This document shows positions 8,946 to 20,296 of a stretch of DNA of 64,000 bases, one piece after another. Origin of the DNA: a virus (Duplodnaviria; Caudoviricetes). A program made the translations under genes and the position numbers. Below the pieces are notes generated by a model. It was not told the DNA's origin, searched no databases, and saw nothing but the letters and a program-made list of their open reading frames with translations. Within the stretch, counting starts at the first letter, position 1; the number at the start of each line of letters is the position of its first letter. The stretch covers positions 1 to 64,000 of IMG/VR virus record IMGVR_UViG_3300048598_000287; one strand, given 5' to 3'.

Positions 8946-9236
8946 ATGACAGAGGCATCGTCCATGCATTGTTTCCGTCTGTTTGACGGAAAGAGGAACG
9001 CTGACGGCAAGGGTTTCTCAAAGATCATCATGGTTGACTGCACATACAGTCAGGCGGACAAGATAGAGACCCGTCTCCGCAAGGACATTGCGGACGGTCT
9101 GTTCGGGAAGTGCTGCCCCATCGCTGGGATATATGACGCATACGCAAATATTTCCGTATGGCTCGACAAAATGAACATCCTGCATTATTCTCCGGATGAC
9201 ACCGTGGACATTGACATCACCGGATGCCACCGATAA
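8946..9236 (+). CDS. Hypothetical protein
   Basis: ORF coupled by ATGA to the small upstream membrane ORF (8788-8949). Confidence 0.55.
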   Translation: MTEASSMHCFRLFDGKRNADGKGFSKIIMVDCTYSQADKIETRLRKDIADGLFGKCCPIAGIYDAYANISVWLDKMNILHYSPDDTVDIDITGCHR

Positions 9237-9634
9237 GGGCAGGTCTGAAAAATATTTCAATTTCCTCAAGGACGGCATATGAAAAAGATATCATATGATT
9301 TCTATTACAATTCGAACGCCATTTCAAAGGCTATGCTTGAGCAGGAATTCGGGCGTTCATGGAAGCGGAAATTCATACGGGACGAATACGGATCCTATCA
9401 TTGGGGATATTACCGTGCGGTCCCGAGGGAATGAATTCCATCTTAATTTCAACTCCGATGGGGAGGGGCTCCGAAAGGGGCCTCTCTTTTTACGGTACGG
9501 GTAAGCAAACCGTTCCATCACCCGATAATGAAAAGGACGACCGACGGATGTGATGAAAAAATATTTTATTTTTCCCGTCTTGGCAAAGTGGATTTAATTA
9601 GTTATATTATGGATATTAACAACGGAGATATAAT

Positions 9635-10729
9635 ATGAAAACTTTTGAGAACTGCTTCGAATATGATGATGATGACAATGGGTGCCTCAGTCATGTCAAA
9701 TATTCCGATGGATCCGAAGAATGGTATGAATATGATGCCAATAAGGCATGCATTCATGCCAGATGGTCTGACGGTAGAGAAGTGTGGTATGACGCAGATG
9801 GAAACCTGCTTCATGAGAAAAATTCAGCTGGAACCGAATTGTGGTACGATGCCGAGGGAAACCGGATTCATAAAAAGTGCCTAGACGGATGCGAATATTG
9901 GTATGAATATGATTCCGATGGGAAACTGATTTATTCCAAGTGGCCCAGCGGAGCTGAATGGTGGTACGATTCCAATGGAAAACTCATGCATTCTAAGTAT
10001 TCCGCCGGGGATGAATATTGGTACGACGCCAATGGGTATATGATACATGAGAAGGATTCCTATGGATTCGATCATTGGTATGACTATGACATGGATGGAA
10101 ACCGGATTCATGAAAAAGTCTCATCCGGGTACGAAGGGTGGTTAAATGGTCAAGGCAACCGTATACATGAAAAATTCACCGATGGAACCGAATTGTGGTA
10201 CGATGCCGAGGGAAACCGGATTCATTCGAAAAGTCGGGACGGATTAGAAAAGTGGTATGAGTATGACGCCGATGGGAACGTGATCCATGAGAAGGATTCC
10301 TATGGATCTGAAGAATGGATTGATACCTATGGGAAATGCATTCATAAGAAATGTGCCGAGGGAACCGAAGAGTGGTACGATGCCAATGGGAACATATCGC
10401 ATATTAAGTATTCCGATGGATCCGAATACTGGTTTGATACCAATGGGAATAAGATTCATACGAAAGATCCAAATGGATTCGAGGCATGGTTCAATACAGA
10501 TGGAAAAGTGATTCATGAGAAGGCTTCCACTGGTTCCCAATGGTGGTATGAATATGATGCCAACGGGAACATTATTCATAAGAAAAGGTCAGATGAATAT
10601 GAATGGTGGTACGATGTCAATGGGTATACGATACATGAGAAAGATTCCTATGGATTCGAGCATTGGTACGAGCATGATGCCGAAGGAAACCGGACTCATG
10701 AGAGGGATTCCATGGGAGTCAAATATTGA
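9635..10729 (+). CDS. YD-like repeat protein
   Basis: Many 20-22 aa repeats. Confidence 0.85.
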   Translation: MKTFENCFEYDDDDNGCLSHVKYSDGSEEWYEYDANKACIHARWSDGREVWYDADGNLLHEKNSAGTELWYDAEGNRIHKKCLDGCEYWYEYDSDGKLIYSKWPSGAEWWYDSNGKLMHSKYSAGDEYWYDANGYMIHEKDSYGFDHWYDYDMDGNRIHEKVSSGYEGWLNGQGNRIHEKFTDGTELWYDAEGNRIHSKSRDGLEKWYEYDADGNVIHEKDSYGSEEWIDTYGKCIHKKCAEGTEEWYDANGNISHIKYSDGSEYWFDTNGNKIHTKDPNGFEAWFNTDGKVIHEKASTGSQWWYEYDANGNIIHKKRSDEYEWWYDVNGYTIHEKDSYGFEHWYEHDAEGNRTHERDSMGVKY

Positions 10730-10781
10730 TATGCACAAGACACTGGAAATTGTGTGAATTTTACAACAAGTAGTTAACAAA

Positions 10782-11405
10782 ATGAAACCCATCGTTAAAA
10801 GCAAGAAGGCAGTCCGCCATAAAGTGCGCATCGTCAAGGGCAAGGCGCACAAGGGCGGAAAGAAATATGATTCCTGGATGCATTATGAATACGATGCCAA
10901 TGGGAAATGCATTCATGATAAGAATTCCGAGGGATTCGAGAGGTGGTACGATTACGATGCTTGCGGGAATATGATTCATGAGAAGGATTCCACCGGATTA
11001 GAAACGTGGCGGGAATATGATTCCAATGGAAACAATATTCATGCGAAGAATTCCTATGGATTCGAATATCGGTATGACTATGATCTCAACGGCAACATGT
11101 TTCATTTTACTTTTTCAGATGACGCTCCCAATGAAATGGAATGGTGGGTGGAATACGATGCCAATGGGAATGACATTCATTATAAGAATACTGCTAACAA
11201 AGGATATGAGCACTGGTATGAATATGATTCCGAAGGGCATATGATTCACACAAAATCTTCCAACGGAGATGAATATTGGCTTAAATACGATGTCCATGGA
11301 CATCCTATTAATGTGAAGGACTCACATGGAGTTGAAACGCGTCATAATTACACATACAAAAAGATTAAAGGAAAATACCTCGTCGAATGGGATCTTTACA
11401 CCTAA
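10782..11405 (+). CDS. YD-like repeat protein, capped subfamily (MKPI..HKVRIVKG / YKKIKGKYLVEW)
   Basis: Repeats flanked by conserved basic N-cap and C-cap. Confidence 0.85.
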   Translation: MKPIVKSKKAVRHKVRIVKGKAHKGGKKYDSWMHYEYDANGKCIHDKNSEGFERWYDYDACGNMIHEKDSTGLETWREYDSNGNNIHAKNSYGFEYRYDYDLNGNMFHFTFSDDAPNEMEWWVEYDANGNDIHYKNTANKGYEHWYEYDSEGHMIHTKSSNGDEYWLKYDVHGHPINVKDSHGVETRHNYTYKKIKGKYLVEWDLYT

Positions 11406-11581
11406 TCCACGTCATCCCGCCCCCTGTCAAACGGGGGCATTTTTATGACACAGGGTTAGGCATCTTGTTCCATCACCCGTTCCCAGGAAAGGACGACCGA
11501 CGGACTGATATGAAAAATATCCTGATTATCCTCTTGACGATACAGATTTAATTATCTATATTTGGGACATCAACAAGGAGA

Positions 11582-11938
11582 TTGAACATGAAAGATGAAT
11601 TTGCATATATGCTGGAGCATTATCTTCCAGGATATATCACAAAGAACTATCCGGAAGTGACCGAGGTTTCTGTGAAAGTGGTGGAACGTCCGGCGACAAC
11701 GTATTACATGGTGGCATTGGAAGTCAGTTTCACCGGGGGCATCAGGAAGATTAAGTGGAAGGAACTTCCCGAACGCGTGGCGAACGACTGGAGCGACCAT
11801 GAGCCGGAGAACCTGTCCTCGGGTAAGGTGAAGTACAAGGAGAGCAACGGGCACATGGAAATGACCTTTGAGATAACAGAGGAAACCTCATGCGCTGCCG
11901 ATGATTATGAAACTGAATTTGCCGACACGGAGGCCTGA
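11582..11938 (+). CDS. Hypothetical acidic protein
   Basis: Promoter and RBS upstream. Confidence 0.65.
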   Translation: MNMKDEFAYMLEHYLPGYITKNYPEVTEVSVKVVERPATTYYMVALEVSFTGGIRKIKWKELPERVANDWSDHEPENLSSGKVKYKESNGHMEMTFEITEETSCAADDYETEFADTEA

Positions 11939-12170
11939 TAATGAATTCAACGAATCTCACATCCGATATGCAATCCGTAAAACCCGATGAGAATCAGGGT
12001 GCCGTGAATGAAGCATCCGATTTCGATGTGGAATTTTCCAAATGGCTTGACGGCAAACCAGATTGCACACCCGTGTTCTGAAACATGGACGAATAACATA
12101 ATTATCCCATTGTCAATGGATATTTAATTATCTATATTTAACACATCAACAGACCAACGGAGACAAGAAA

Positions 12171-12857
12171 ATGAAACCCATCGCTAAAAGAAAGAAGACA
12201 GTCAGTCATAAAGTGCGTATAATCAATGGCAAGGCGTCCATTGAAGGAATGCGGTATAATACATGGTATCATTATGAATACGATTCCAAAGGAAACGTGA
12301 TTCATTCAAAGGATTCCGCCGGATTAGAATATTGGTATGACTACGATGCCAATGGGAAACGGCTTCATGAGAAGGATTCATATGATAATGAGATGTGGTA
12401 TGAATATGATGCCCACGGGAACCTGATTCATGAGAAAGATTCCGAGGGATCCGAGGAGGCGAATGACTACGATGGCAACGGTAAGGTGATTCATACGAAA
12501 CATTCCAACGGAGATGAGGAATGGTATGAATATGATGCCAATGGGAACAGGATTCATTATAAGGATTCAAATGGTGAGGAACGCCGGTTTGAATATGATT
12601 CCAATGGGAACCTGATTCATGCGAATGCTTCCAACGGATCTGAATGGTGGTATGAATATGATGCCAAGGGTAACATGATTCATGAGAAGCATTCCAGTGG
12701 ATATGAAGAGTGGCACGAGTATGATGCTCATGGGAATGATAAGCATGAGAAGAATTCCAATGGATATGAAATGTGGTCCAAATACATATACAAAAAGGTT
12801 AACGGAAAATATCTTACCGAATGGATTATTTTAAGCGAATATCCCATTATAGTATAG
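12171..12857 (+). CDS. YD-like repeat protein, capped subfamily
   Basis: Same caps and repeats. Confidence 0.85.
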   Translation: MKPIAKRKKTVSHKVRIINGKASIEGMRYNTWYHYEYDSKGNVIHSKDSAGLEYWYDYDANGKRLHEKDSYDNEMWYEYDAHGNLIHEKDSEGSEEANDYDGNGKVIHTKHSNGDEEWYEYDANGNRIHYKDSNGEERRFEYDSNGNLIHANASNGSEWWYEYDAKGNMIHEKHSSGYEEWHEYDAHGNDKHEKNSNGYEMWSKYIYKKVNGKYLTEWIILSEYPIIV

Positions 12858-13000
12858 TTTCCACCCGTTTCCGCCCCCTGTCACACGGGGGCATTTTTGT
12901 GACACAGATTCCGGCATTCTGTTCCATCACCCATTTTTCTATGAAACCGGCGATGAGCATGACCACCGTATATGACATGGCATCAACAAGGAGTTTGAAT

Positions 13001-13390
13001 ATGATGACGACTGAAGAACTTGACGCAGATCCTTCCTATAGCAAGCCGATCGGACGGATCATTACATCGGAGATCGCAGATGGATATGGAGAGGACGCTT
13101 CAGTGACATTTTTGTATGGCGATTTCGAGGATTTGAAAAAAGGTGGGCAATTCTCTTTCATAGAGAAGTGCGAGACCCAGTTCATCAACTATTGCTTTAT
13201 CCATGTCGGATTGCATGACGGATCTCCGGAATTCGCCACAAGGATGCACGAGGAGTTTTGCAACCATATCAGCGGAGAAGATCCGCTTGACAAACATGAC
13301 CTGCGGTATCGCTCCCTACCCTTCTGGGACAGGCTGGAAGAGGAATGGGCATCGCTGTCCGATGAAGACCGATATCTATTCCTTGACTGA
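13001..13390 (+). CDS. Hypothetical protein
   Basis: Start placed after the AAGGAG RBS that follows a bipartite motif. Confidence 0.65.
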   Translation: MMTTEELDADPSYSKPIGRIITSEIADGYGEDASVTFLYGDFEDLKKGGQFSFIEKCETQFINYCFIHVGLHDGSPEFATRMHEEFCNHISGEDPLDKHDLRYRSLPFWDRLEEEWASLSDEDRYLFLD

Positions 13391-13482
13391 CGGTTGAATA
13401 TTAAAAAAAAATCAATTATCCCCTTGACACGGAACATTTAATTATCTATATTTAACACATCAACAGAACAACGGAGAAACAA

Positions 13483-13812
13483 ATGAATACAGAAAAGAAG
13501 ATGAATGGGTTAAGCGCTTTCATGGACAAGAGTCTCGCATACCTTGCCTACGAATTCGGGTGCGGGATCAGGTGCGTGAAGCGTTCGGACATCATTCCCA
13601 TCTGTGAGGAGCAGGTGTTCAGCCCGTCACGCAAGGGTTTCGCGAAGAAGAAGTGGGCGCACAGTTCGGCGAAGGTGTCGTATGGACTAAACTGTTATGG
13701 ATCGCCGTTCGCGAACGTCATCATCAACGGGGTGTCGCATCCGGTGGCGGTCACTTCTCCCCGCAAGACTGCGAAATCCATTCTCGGCATCATCGAAGTT
13801 CACGAAGTATGA
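13483..13812 (+). CDS. Hypothetical protein
   Basis: Promoter, RBS and downstream hairpin. Confidence 0.65.
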   Translation: MNTEKKMNGLSAFMDKSLAYLAYEFGCGIRCVKRSDIIPICEEQVFSPSRKGFAKKKWAHSSAKVSYGLNCYGSPFANVIINGVSHPVAVTSPRKTAKSILGIIEVHEV

Positions 13813-13910
13813 TTTTCCTCCGTTGATAAGGGCGGACGGGCTTAGCCCGCCCGCCTTTTCATCATAAAATAATTATCCTCCTTGACTGGGATGATTTAAT
13901 AATCTATATT

Positions 13911-14483
13911 ATGGATAACAATGAGGTTAGCATGCGTTTATTCATCTGGATCAGGAATGCGGTAAGGAAGGTGTTTGCACCCGTCGTCATATATGTCAGC
14001 GGGCATGGGTATGAGGTTGACGACATATTGAACATCGTCCATGTGAAAGACCGGGATGGGACTGAGTGCTGGTATGACTATGACATTGATGGGAAATTGA
14101 TTCATGAGAAAGATTCCGACGGATACGAACGGTGGTTAAATGGTCAAGGCAACCGTATACATGAAAAATTAGCCGATGGAGACGAATTCTGGTACGATTC
14201 CAATGATAATAAGGTTCACACCAGATTTTCCGATGGCGAGGAATGGTGGTATGATGCCGATGGAAACATTAGGCATAAGAAACTTACCGATAAATCCGAA
14301 GAATGGTATGACGCAGATGGGAATAAGATCCATGAGAAGTTTCCCGATAACTATGAATCATGGCACGATGCAGATGGAAAGCTGGTTCATATGAAATTGG
14401 CCAGCGGGCACGAATTTCATTACGATGCAGAGGGCAACTCGGTTCCGTTAGATAACTATTCGCATTCATGCAATAATTATTAG
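13911..14483 (+). CDS. YD-like repeat protein (amphipathic IRNAV N-terminus)
   Basis: Repeats; probable start at 13932. Confidence 0.8.
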   Translation: MDNNEVSMRLFIWIRNAVRKVFAPVVIYVSGHGYEVDDILNIVHVKDRDGTECWYDYDIDGKLIHEKDSDGYERWLNGQGNRIHEKLADGDEFWYDSNDNKVHTRFSDGEEWWYDADGNIRHKKLTDKSEEWYDADGNKIHEKFPDNYESWHDADGKLVHMKLASGHEFHYDAEGNSVPLDNYSHSCNNY

Positions 14484-14547
14484 AGTTCCCTTGACAACTA
14501 GGGTTTAATTATGTATATTATGGAGAAATCATATCAATGGAGTTAAC

Positions 14548-14778
14548 ATGAACGCGATTATCGGGATAAGGAATGCAGTAAGGAAAGCTGTATCGGGCAT
14601 CATTGTCGCAATCAGGGGATATGGGGATGAATATGATGCAGATGGTCACATTATTCATTCCAAGGGGGCCGACGGATTCGAACAGTGGTATGAATATGAT
14701 ACCAATGGGACCCTTATACATATGAATGATTCCGAGGGATTCGAATGGAAGTGTTCACGCAAGGAGATAACCAAATGA
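14548..14778 (+). CDS. Short YD-like repeat protein (IRNAV N-terminus)
   Basis: Two repeats. Confidence 0.7.
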   Translation: MNAIIGIRNAVRKAVSGIIVAIRGYGDEYDADGHIIHSKGADGFEQWYEYDTNGTLIHMNDSEGFEWKCSRKEITK

Positions 14779-15635
14779 AGCACATCGCGAAAAGAAAGAA
14801 GACCGTCAGCCATAAAGTGCGCATCGTCAAAGGAACTGCATGCAAGGATGGCAAAGAATATAAATCATGGACGCATTATGAATATGATTCCAAGGGAAAA
14901 ATTAGGCATCTGGCAAAATTCGACGGATACGAAAAATGGTATGATACTAATGGGAACGTGATCCATGAGAAGTGTCCTACTGGAGTAGAACATTGGTATG
15001 ACTATGATGCCGATGGGAACGTAATTCATTCGAAGTCTTCAGACGGAGTAGAAAAGTGCGAAAAATGGTTCGATATCAATGGGAAACTGATTCATTCGAA
15101 GTGGCCCAGCGGAGCTGAATGGTGGTACGATTCCAATGGAACCCGCATTCATTCTAAGTATTCCAACGGATATGAATATTGGTATGATGCCAATGGGAAT
15201 AAGATGCATGAGAAGGATTCCGATGGATCCGAATCTTGGTACGATGCCAATGGATCCGAATCTTGGTACGATGCCAATGGGAACGTAATTCATAAGAAGT
15301 GTCCTACTGGAGTAGAACATTGGTATGACTATGATGCCGATGGACATCTTATTCATGAACAAACTTTTGACTACGAATATTGGTATGAATACGATGCCGA
15401 CGGGAACGTGATCCATGAGAAGCATAACAACGGATATGAAATATGGAATGAATACGATGCGGATAGTAACCTGACTCATGCGAAGGATTCCGACGGATTT
15501 GAACAGTGGCATGAATACGATTCAAAAGGAAACCTCATCCATGAGAAAAATACCACCGGATATGAACGGTGGTGCAATACCACATACAAAAAGATTAAAG
15601 GAAAATCCCTAATCGAATGGGATCTTTCCACCTAA
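14775..15635 (+). CDS. YD-like repeat protein, capped subfamily
   Basis: RBS AAGGAG before ATG14775. Confidence 0.85.
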   Translation: MKHIAKRKKTVSHKVRIVKGTACKDGKEYKSWTHYEYDSKGKIRHLAKFDGYEKWYDTNGNVIHEKCPTGVEHWYDYDADGNVIHSKSSDGVEKCEKWFDINGKLIHSKWPSGAEWWYDSNGTRIHSKYSNGYEYWYDANGNKMHEKDSDGSESWYDANGSESWYDANGNVIHKKCPTGVEHWYDYDADGHLIHEQTFDYEYWYEYDADGNVIHEKHNNGYEIWNEYDADSNLTHAKDSDGFEQWHEYDSKGNLIHEKNTTGYERWCNTTYKKIKGKSLIEWDLST

Positions 15636-15811
15636 TCCACATCATCTCGCCCCCTGTCAAACGGGGGCATCTTTCTGAAACTGATTCCGGCATCTTGTTC
15701 CATCACCCTTTTCCTTATTAAACCGTCGGTGAGCATAGCCACCGTATATAGAGGCGTTGACAACTAGGCTGTAATTATCTATATTATGTGTATCTACAAG
15801 GAGATACCAGA

Positions 15812-16660
15812 ATGAAACCCATCGCTAAAAGCAAGAAGAAAGTCTGCCATAAAGTGCGCATCGTCAATGGCAAGGCATCCAAGGGAGGAAAGCCGTATGT
15901 TTCCTGGGCTCATAATGAATACGATGCCAATGGGAACCTGACTCATCGGGAAGATTCCGATGGATTCGAACGGCGGGATGAATACGATTCCAATGGGAAC
16001 CTGATTCATAGAACTGAGGGCAACGGATATGAATGGCGGTGGGAATACGATTCCAATGGGAATCGGCTTCATGAGAAGGATGCATATGATAATGAGAGGT
16101 GGTATGAATATGATGCCAGCGGGAACCTGATTCATGAGAAAGATTCCGACGGATACGAACATTGGTATGAATATGATGCCGACGGTAACAGGATTCATGA
16201 GAAATATCCCACCGTTGAAGTATGGACAGAGTATGATGCCCACGGTAACAGGATTCATGAGAAATATCCCACCGTTGAAGTATGGACAGAGTATGATGCC
16301 CACGGTAACAGGATTCATGAGAAATATCCCACCGTTGAAGTATGGACAGAGTATGATGCCCACGGTAACAGGATTCATTCGAAATGGGATGATGGATCAT
16401 ACAAGTTCTATGAATACGATGACAAGGGGAACCAAATTCATACTAAGGATTTCAATGGATACGAATGCTGGTATGAATACGATGACAAGGGGAACCAGAT
16501 TCATAGGAAGGTTTCCACTGGATACGAATGTTGGTATGAATACGATGCAAAGGGGAATAAGATCCATTATAAGGATTCCGATGGATTAGAACGGCGGTAC
16601 AAATACACATACAAAAAGATTAAAGGAAAATACCTCATCGAATGGGAACTGTCCAACTAA
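15812..16660 (+). CDS. YD-like repeat protein, capped subfamily, with exact 60-bp internal triplication
   Basis: Identical HEKYPTVEVWTEYDAHGNRI units at ~16183-16378. Confidence 0.85.
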   Translation: MKPIAKSKKKVCHKVRIVNGKASKGGKPYVSWAHNEYDANGNLTHREDSDGFERRDEYDSNGNLIHRTEGNGYEWRWEYDSNGNRLHEKDAYDNERWYEYDASGNLIHEKDSDGYEHWYEYDADGNRIHEKYPTVEVWTEYDAHGNRIHEKYPTVEVWTEYDAHGNRIHEKYPTVEVWTEYDAHGNRIHSKWDDGSYKFYEYDDKGNQIHTKDFNGYECWYEYDDKGNQIHRKVSTGYECWYEYDAKGNKIHYKDSDGLERRYKYTYKKIKGKYLIEWELSN

Positions 16661-16874
16661 TCCACTCCCCATAATGCCCCATATCCTGATGGAGGAATCA
16701 GAATAGGAAAGGATATTCTCTTAGATATCAAACATAGGTTCGAATGTGTTAGGCTGTTTAATGAACTCTTGGAAAAGACTCTAGAGAATCTGTGACATCG
16801 AATGCAAATATGAAATATCCATTGCCAATTGGTAATTAATAATATATATTATGGATATTATACGGAGGTCCAAC

Positions 16875-18032
16875 ATGCCTGAAATTTCTATTAAAGAAGC
16901 AAGAGAGATATATCGTCTAAATCATGAGATGAAATCCCTGATGCTCACTAAATTTCCCAAGGAAATGCTTGAAGCAGATGATTCATCCACCTCTGATAAA
17001 TCGAGTCACATAAATGGAATGATGATTCACTCAAAGGATGAAAATGGATCCGAATGTTGGCAGGATTTCGATAACAATAAAAACCTAGTTCATGAGAAGG
17101 ATTCCGACGGATCCGAACATTGGTACAACTATGATGCCAATGGAATGATGATTCACGCAAAGGATGAAAATGGATTCGACGTGTGGTATGAATATAATGC
17201 GAATGGTAACATTATTCATAAAAAGGATTCCGAGGGGGATGAATATTGGTATGATGCCATAGGAACCCTTATGCATAAGAAGATTTCCGATGGAGACGAA
17301 AGATGGTATGATTCTAATGGGAAAACCTTTCATATTAAGTGGCCCAGCGGAGCTGAATGGTGGTTCGATGCCAATGGAAATAAGATCCATGAGAAGCATT
17401 CCGATGGTCACGAATATTGGTACGATACCAATGGGACTCTGATTCATGAGAAGTCGTCTGATGGGAAATTACTTTATCGGAGGTATTTTGACGGCTCATA
17501 CGTCAGGTGGGAATATGCTACCAATGGGGAATGCAGTCATTATAAGGATTCCTATGGTGTTGAACGCTGGCACGACTACGATGGCAAAGGAAACTTGATC
17601 CATCTAAAAGGGGGCGACGGATATGAAGAATGGTATGACTATGATTCTAAAGGAACCCTGCTTCATATGAAGGATTCCTATGGGCATGATTGTTGGTATG
17701 ATTCTAATGGTAAACATATTCATGAGAAGTCTTCCGACGGATACGAATCGTGGTACGACGATAAGGGCACACTTAGTAGTACGAAAGATGCCTTTGGCCG
17801 AGAATGTAAGTACGATGCCAATGGAAAACTGAGTTATAAGAAGAATTCACATGGAACCGAATGGTGGTTCGATGCCAATGGCCGCCTGATTCATGCAAAA
17901 GATCCGGATGGGTATGAAATGTGGTACGAGTACGATGCCAATGGGAATAAGATTCATTATAAGGATTCCGATGGCGATGAACGCTGGTATGAATACGACG
18001 ATAAGGGGCAAACGTCAGTAAACAAAATTTAA
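16875..18032 (+). CDS. MAELT-type N-terminal module fused to YD-like repeats
   Basis: MPEISIKEAREIY..EMKSLMLTKF followed by repeats. Confidence 0.85.
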   Translation: MPEISIKEAREIYRLNHEMKSLMLTKFPKEMLEADDSSTSDKSSHINGMMIHSKDENGSECWQDFDNNKNLVHEKDSDGSEHWYNYDANGMMIHAKDENGFDVWYEYNANGNIIHKKDSEGDEYWYDAIGTLMHKKISDGDERWYDSNGKTFHIKWPSGAEWWFDANGNKIHEKHSDGHEYWYDTNGTLIHEKSSDGKLLYRRYFDGSYVRWEYATNGECSHYKDSYGVERWHDYDGKGNLIHLKGGDGYEEWYDYDSKGTLLHMKDSYGHDCWYDSNGKHIHEKSSDGYESWYDDKGTLSSTKDAFGRECKYDANGKLSYKKNSHGTEWWFDANGRLIHAKDPDGYEMWYEYDANGNKIHYKDSDGDERWYEYDDKGQTSVNKI

Positions 18033-18092
18033 CATTAAGCAAGGCATATACCATTCACAAGAACGATATAATAATCTATATTATGGATAACA

Positions 18093-19019
18093 ATGCAAGG
18101 AGTTAACAATATGTATCAGGCAGACATGTTAAATAAATGTAACTGGACGTTCGACTATGATATCAATGGTAACGTTATTCATGCAAAGACCGTGACTGGA
18201 TATGAGGAATGGTATGAATACGATAGAAATGGGAAACTAAAGTATATGAAGAATTCCCGCGGCGCCGAACGATGGTACGATATCAATGGGAATAATTTTT
18301 ACACCCAGTTTTCCGATAGATCCGAAACGTGGTATGATGCCGATGGAAAGGTGATCCATGACAAGCTTTCCACTGGAATAGAATATTGGTATGAATATAA
18401 TTCATTGGGGAACATGATTCATAAGAAGTGTTCCGACGGATCCGAAGAATGGTATGATGCCGATGGGAAAAAGATTCATGCAAAGCATTCCGACGGTTTC
18501 GAATATTGGTATGATGCCGATGGGGAACTGATCCATTATAAGGATTCCGACGGAGATGAATATTGGTATGATGCCATAGGAACCCTTATGCATAAGAAGA
18601 TTTCCGATGGAGAGGAATGGTGGTACGAATACGATGCCAATGGTAAACTGATTCATTATAAGAAATCCGACGGCGATGAATGGTGGTATGAATATGATGC
18701 CTATGGAAATAGTATTTCCGGTGGATCAAAAGAATGGTACAATTCCATTAGTAGCGGTAATCATAATAAGTCTTCCGACGGATCCGAAACCTGGTATGAG
18801 TATGATGCCAATGGAAACATGGTTCATGCGAAAGATTCCGACGGATATGAACAATGGTGGGATTACGATTCCCATGGAAACATAACGCTGATTCGTAAAA
18901 ACTCTTCCGATGGATCCGAATGGCTGTATGATGCCAATAGGCAGCTGGTTAATATCAAGGTAATGCCTTGTATAGCACCACAGTATGTTTCTATTAACCT
19001 TAAGGTAAGCCGTAATTAA
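18093..19019 (+). CDS. YD-like repeat protein
   Basis: Repeats; contains the 30/31-nt match to the spacer at 51584-51614. Confidence 0.85.
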   Translation: MQGVNNMYQADMLNKCNWTFDYDINGNVIHAKTVTGYEEWYEYDRNGKLKYMKNSRGAERWYDINGNNFYTQFSDRSETWYDADGKVIHDKLSTGIEYWYEYNSLGNMIHKKCSDGSEEWYDADGKKIHAKHSDGFEYWYDADGELIHYKDSDGDEYWYDAIGTLMHKKISDGEEWWYEYDANGKLIHYKKSDGDEWWYEYDAYGNSISGGSKEWYNSISSGNHNKSSDGSETWYEYDANGNMVHAKDSDGYEQWWDYDSHGNITLIRKNSSDGSEWLYDANRQLVNIKVMPCIAPQYVSINLKVSRN

Positions 19020-19147
19020 CGATATGTGAACTCATCAGCATATAGAAATATCTATCATGCCACCGGTCAAACGGTGGTATTTCTTTTTTACCGTGCCACC
19101 TTGATTAACTTGGATTAAATATCTATATTATAGATACAAGCAAGGAG

Positions 19148-19705
19148 ATGGCAAGAATGAACCATATCATAGATACAATCAGGAAGATTATCAAAAACAT
19201 CGTAACTGCTGTAGACTGCAGGGTGAAAGGATACCTAGCTGAATATGATGATAACGGTAAGACCATTCATTTTAAAGATCGTGACGGGAACGACTGGCGA
19301 TATGAGTATGATGAAAATGGTAAAGTGATTCATACCACTGAATCCAACGGAGCTGAATATTGGTATGATACCAATGTGAATCTGATTCATACGAAGGATT
19401 CCTACGGATTCGAATGTTGGTATGATACCAATGGGAACAGGATTCATACGAAAGATTCCTACGGATTCGAATGTTGGTATGATGCCGATGGGAACAGGAT
19501 TCATAAGAAATGTCCCAAAGGATACGAAGCATGGTTCAATACAGATGGTAAACTGATTCATTATAAGAATTCCGACGGCTCCGAACATTGGTATGAATAT
19601 GCGGACAATGGGCTACTCATTCATGCAAATGATTCCGACGGAACCGAATGGTGGTATGAGTATGATGCCAATGGAAACATGGTTCATGTGAAAGATTCCG
19701 ACTGA
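19148..19705 (+). CDS. YD-like repeat protein (MNHII N-terminus), premature TGA
   Basis: Repeat pattern continues after the stop. Confidence 0.8.
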   Translation: MARMNHIIDTIRKIIKNIVTAVDCRVKGYLAEYDDNGKTIHFKDRDGNDWRYEYDENGKVIHTTESNGAEYWYDTNVNLIHTKDSYGFECWYDTNGNRIHTKDSYGFECWYDADGNRIHKKCPKGYEAWFNTDGKLIHYKNSDGSEHWYEYADNGLLIHANDSDGTEWWYEYDANGNMVHVKDSD

Positions 19706-19885
19706 TATGAACGGTGGTATAATTGCTATACAATGTGAACCCTGTTCTAATACAGCATGCCATCAGGGAAACGGTGGCATTTCATTCTCACATATTTCGC
19801 CAACTGGTTCCATCACCCTTATCATCAGAATCATACTGATGTAATGGCCACCGTATATATGAATGTAACAACAAGGAGACATGAT

Positions 19886-20191
19886 ATGAAAAAAGCAGCA
19901 ATCAAGAAAATGAGCAAGCGCGACCGCATTGATCTTCTGAACGAGTTCAGCATGGAGGACATTGCGGAAACCCTGATATACCGGGAAGGAAAGGGTGAGG
20001 TGCTATCTGTGAATGTCTGGGTGAAATCCGACATCCGTACGCAGGATCCGTCTCTATCCGATAGGCAGGTAGACTACATCGCCATGCACGGGGATTTCAA
20101 ACCCATGCGCACATGTACCGAAACCGATTGGCAACTCCTCGCTGAAGCGATTGACGAAGTTCGTAATGGCAAAGGTTTCCCGAAGGATTGA
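19886..20191 (+). CDS. Hypothetical protein
   Basis: RBS after bipartite motif. Confidence 0.65.
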   Translation: MKKAAIKKMSKRDRIDLLNEFSMEDIAETLIYREGKGEVLSVNVWVKSDIRTQDPSLSDRQVDYIAMHGDFKPMRTCTETDWQLLAEAIDEVRNGKGFPKD

Positions 20192-20296
20192 GCAATCCAT
20201 CCGGATGCGTTGCTATATGTAAGCAAGATTTAATCCCTGCTGCCCTTCACATATAGTGTATAATAATCTATATTATGGATAACTTAGGAGTTTCAA

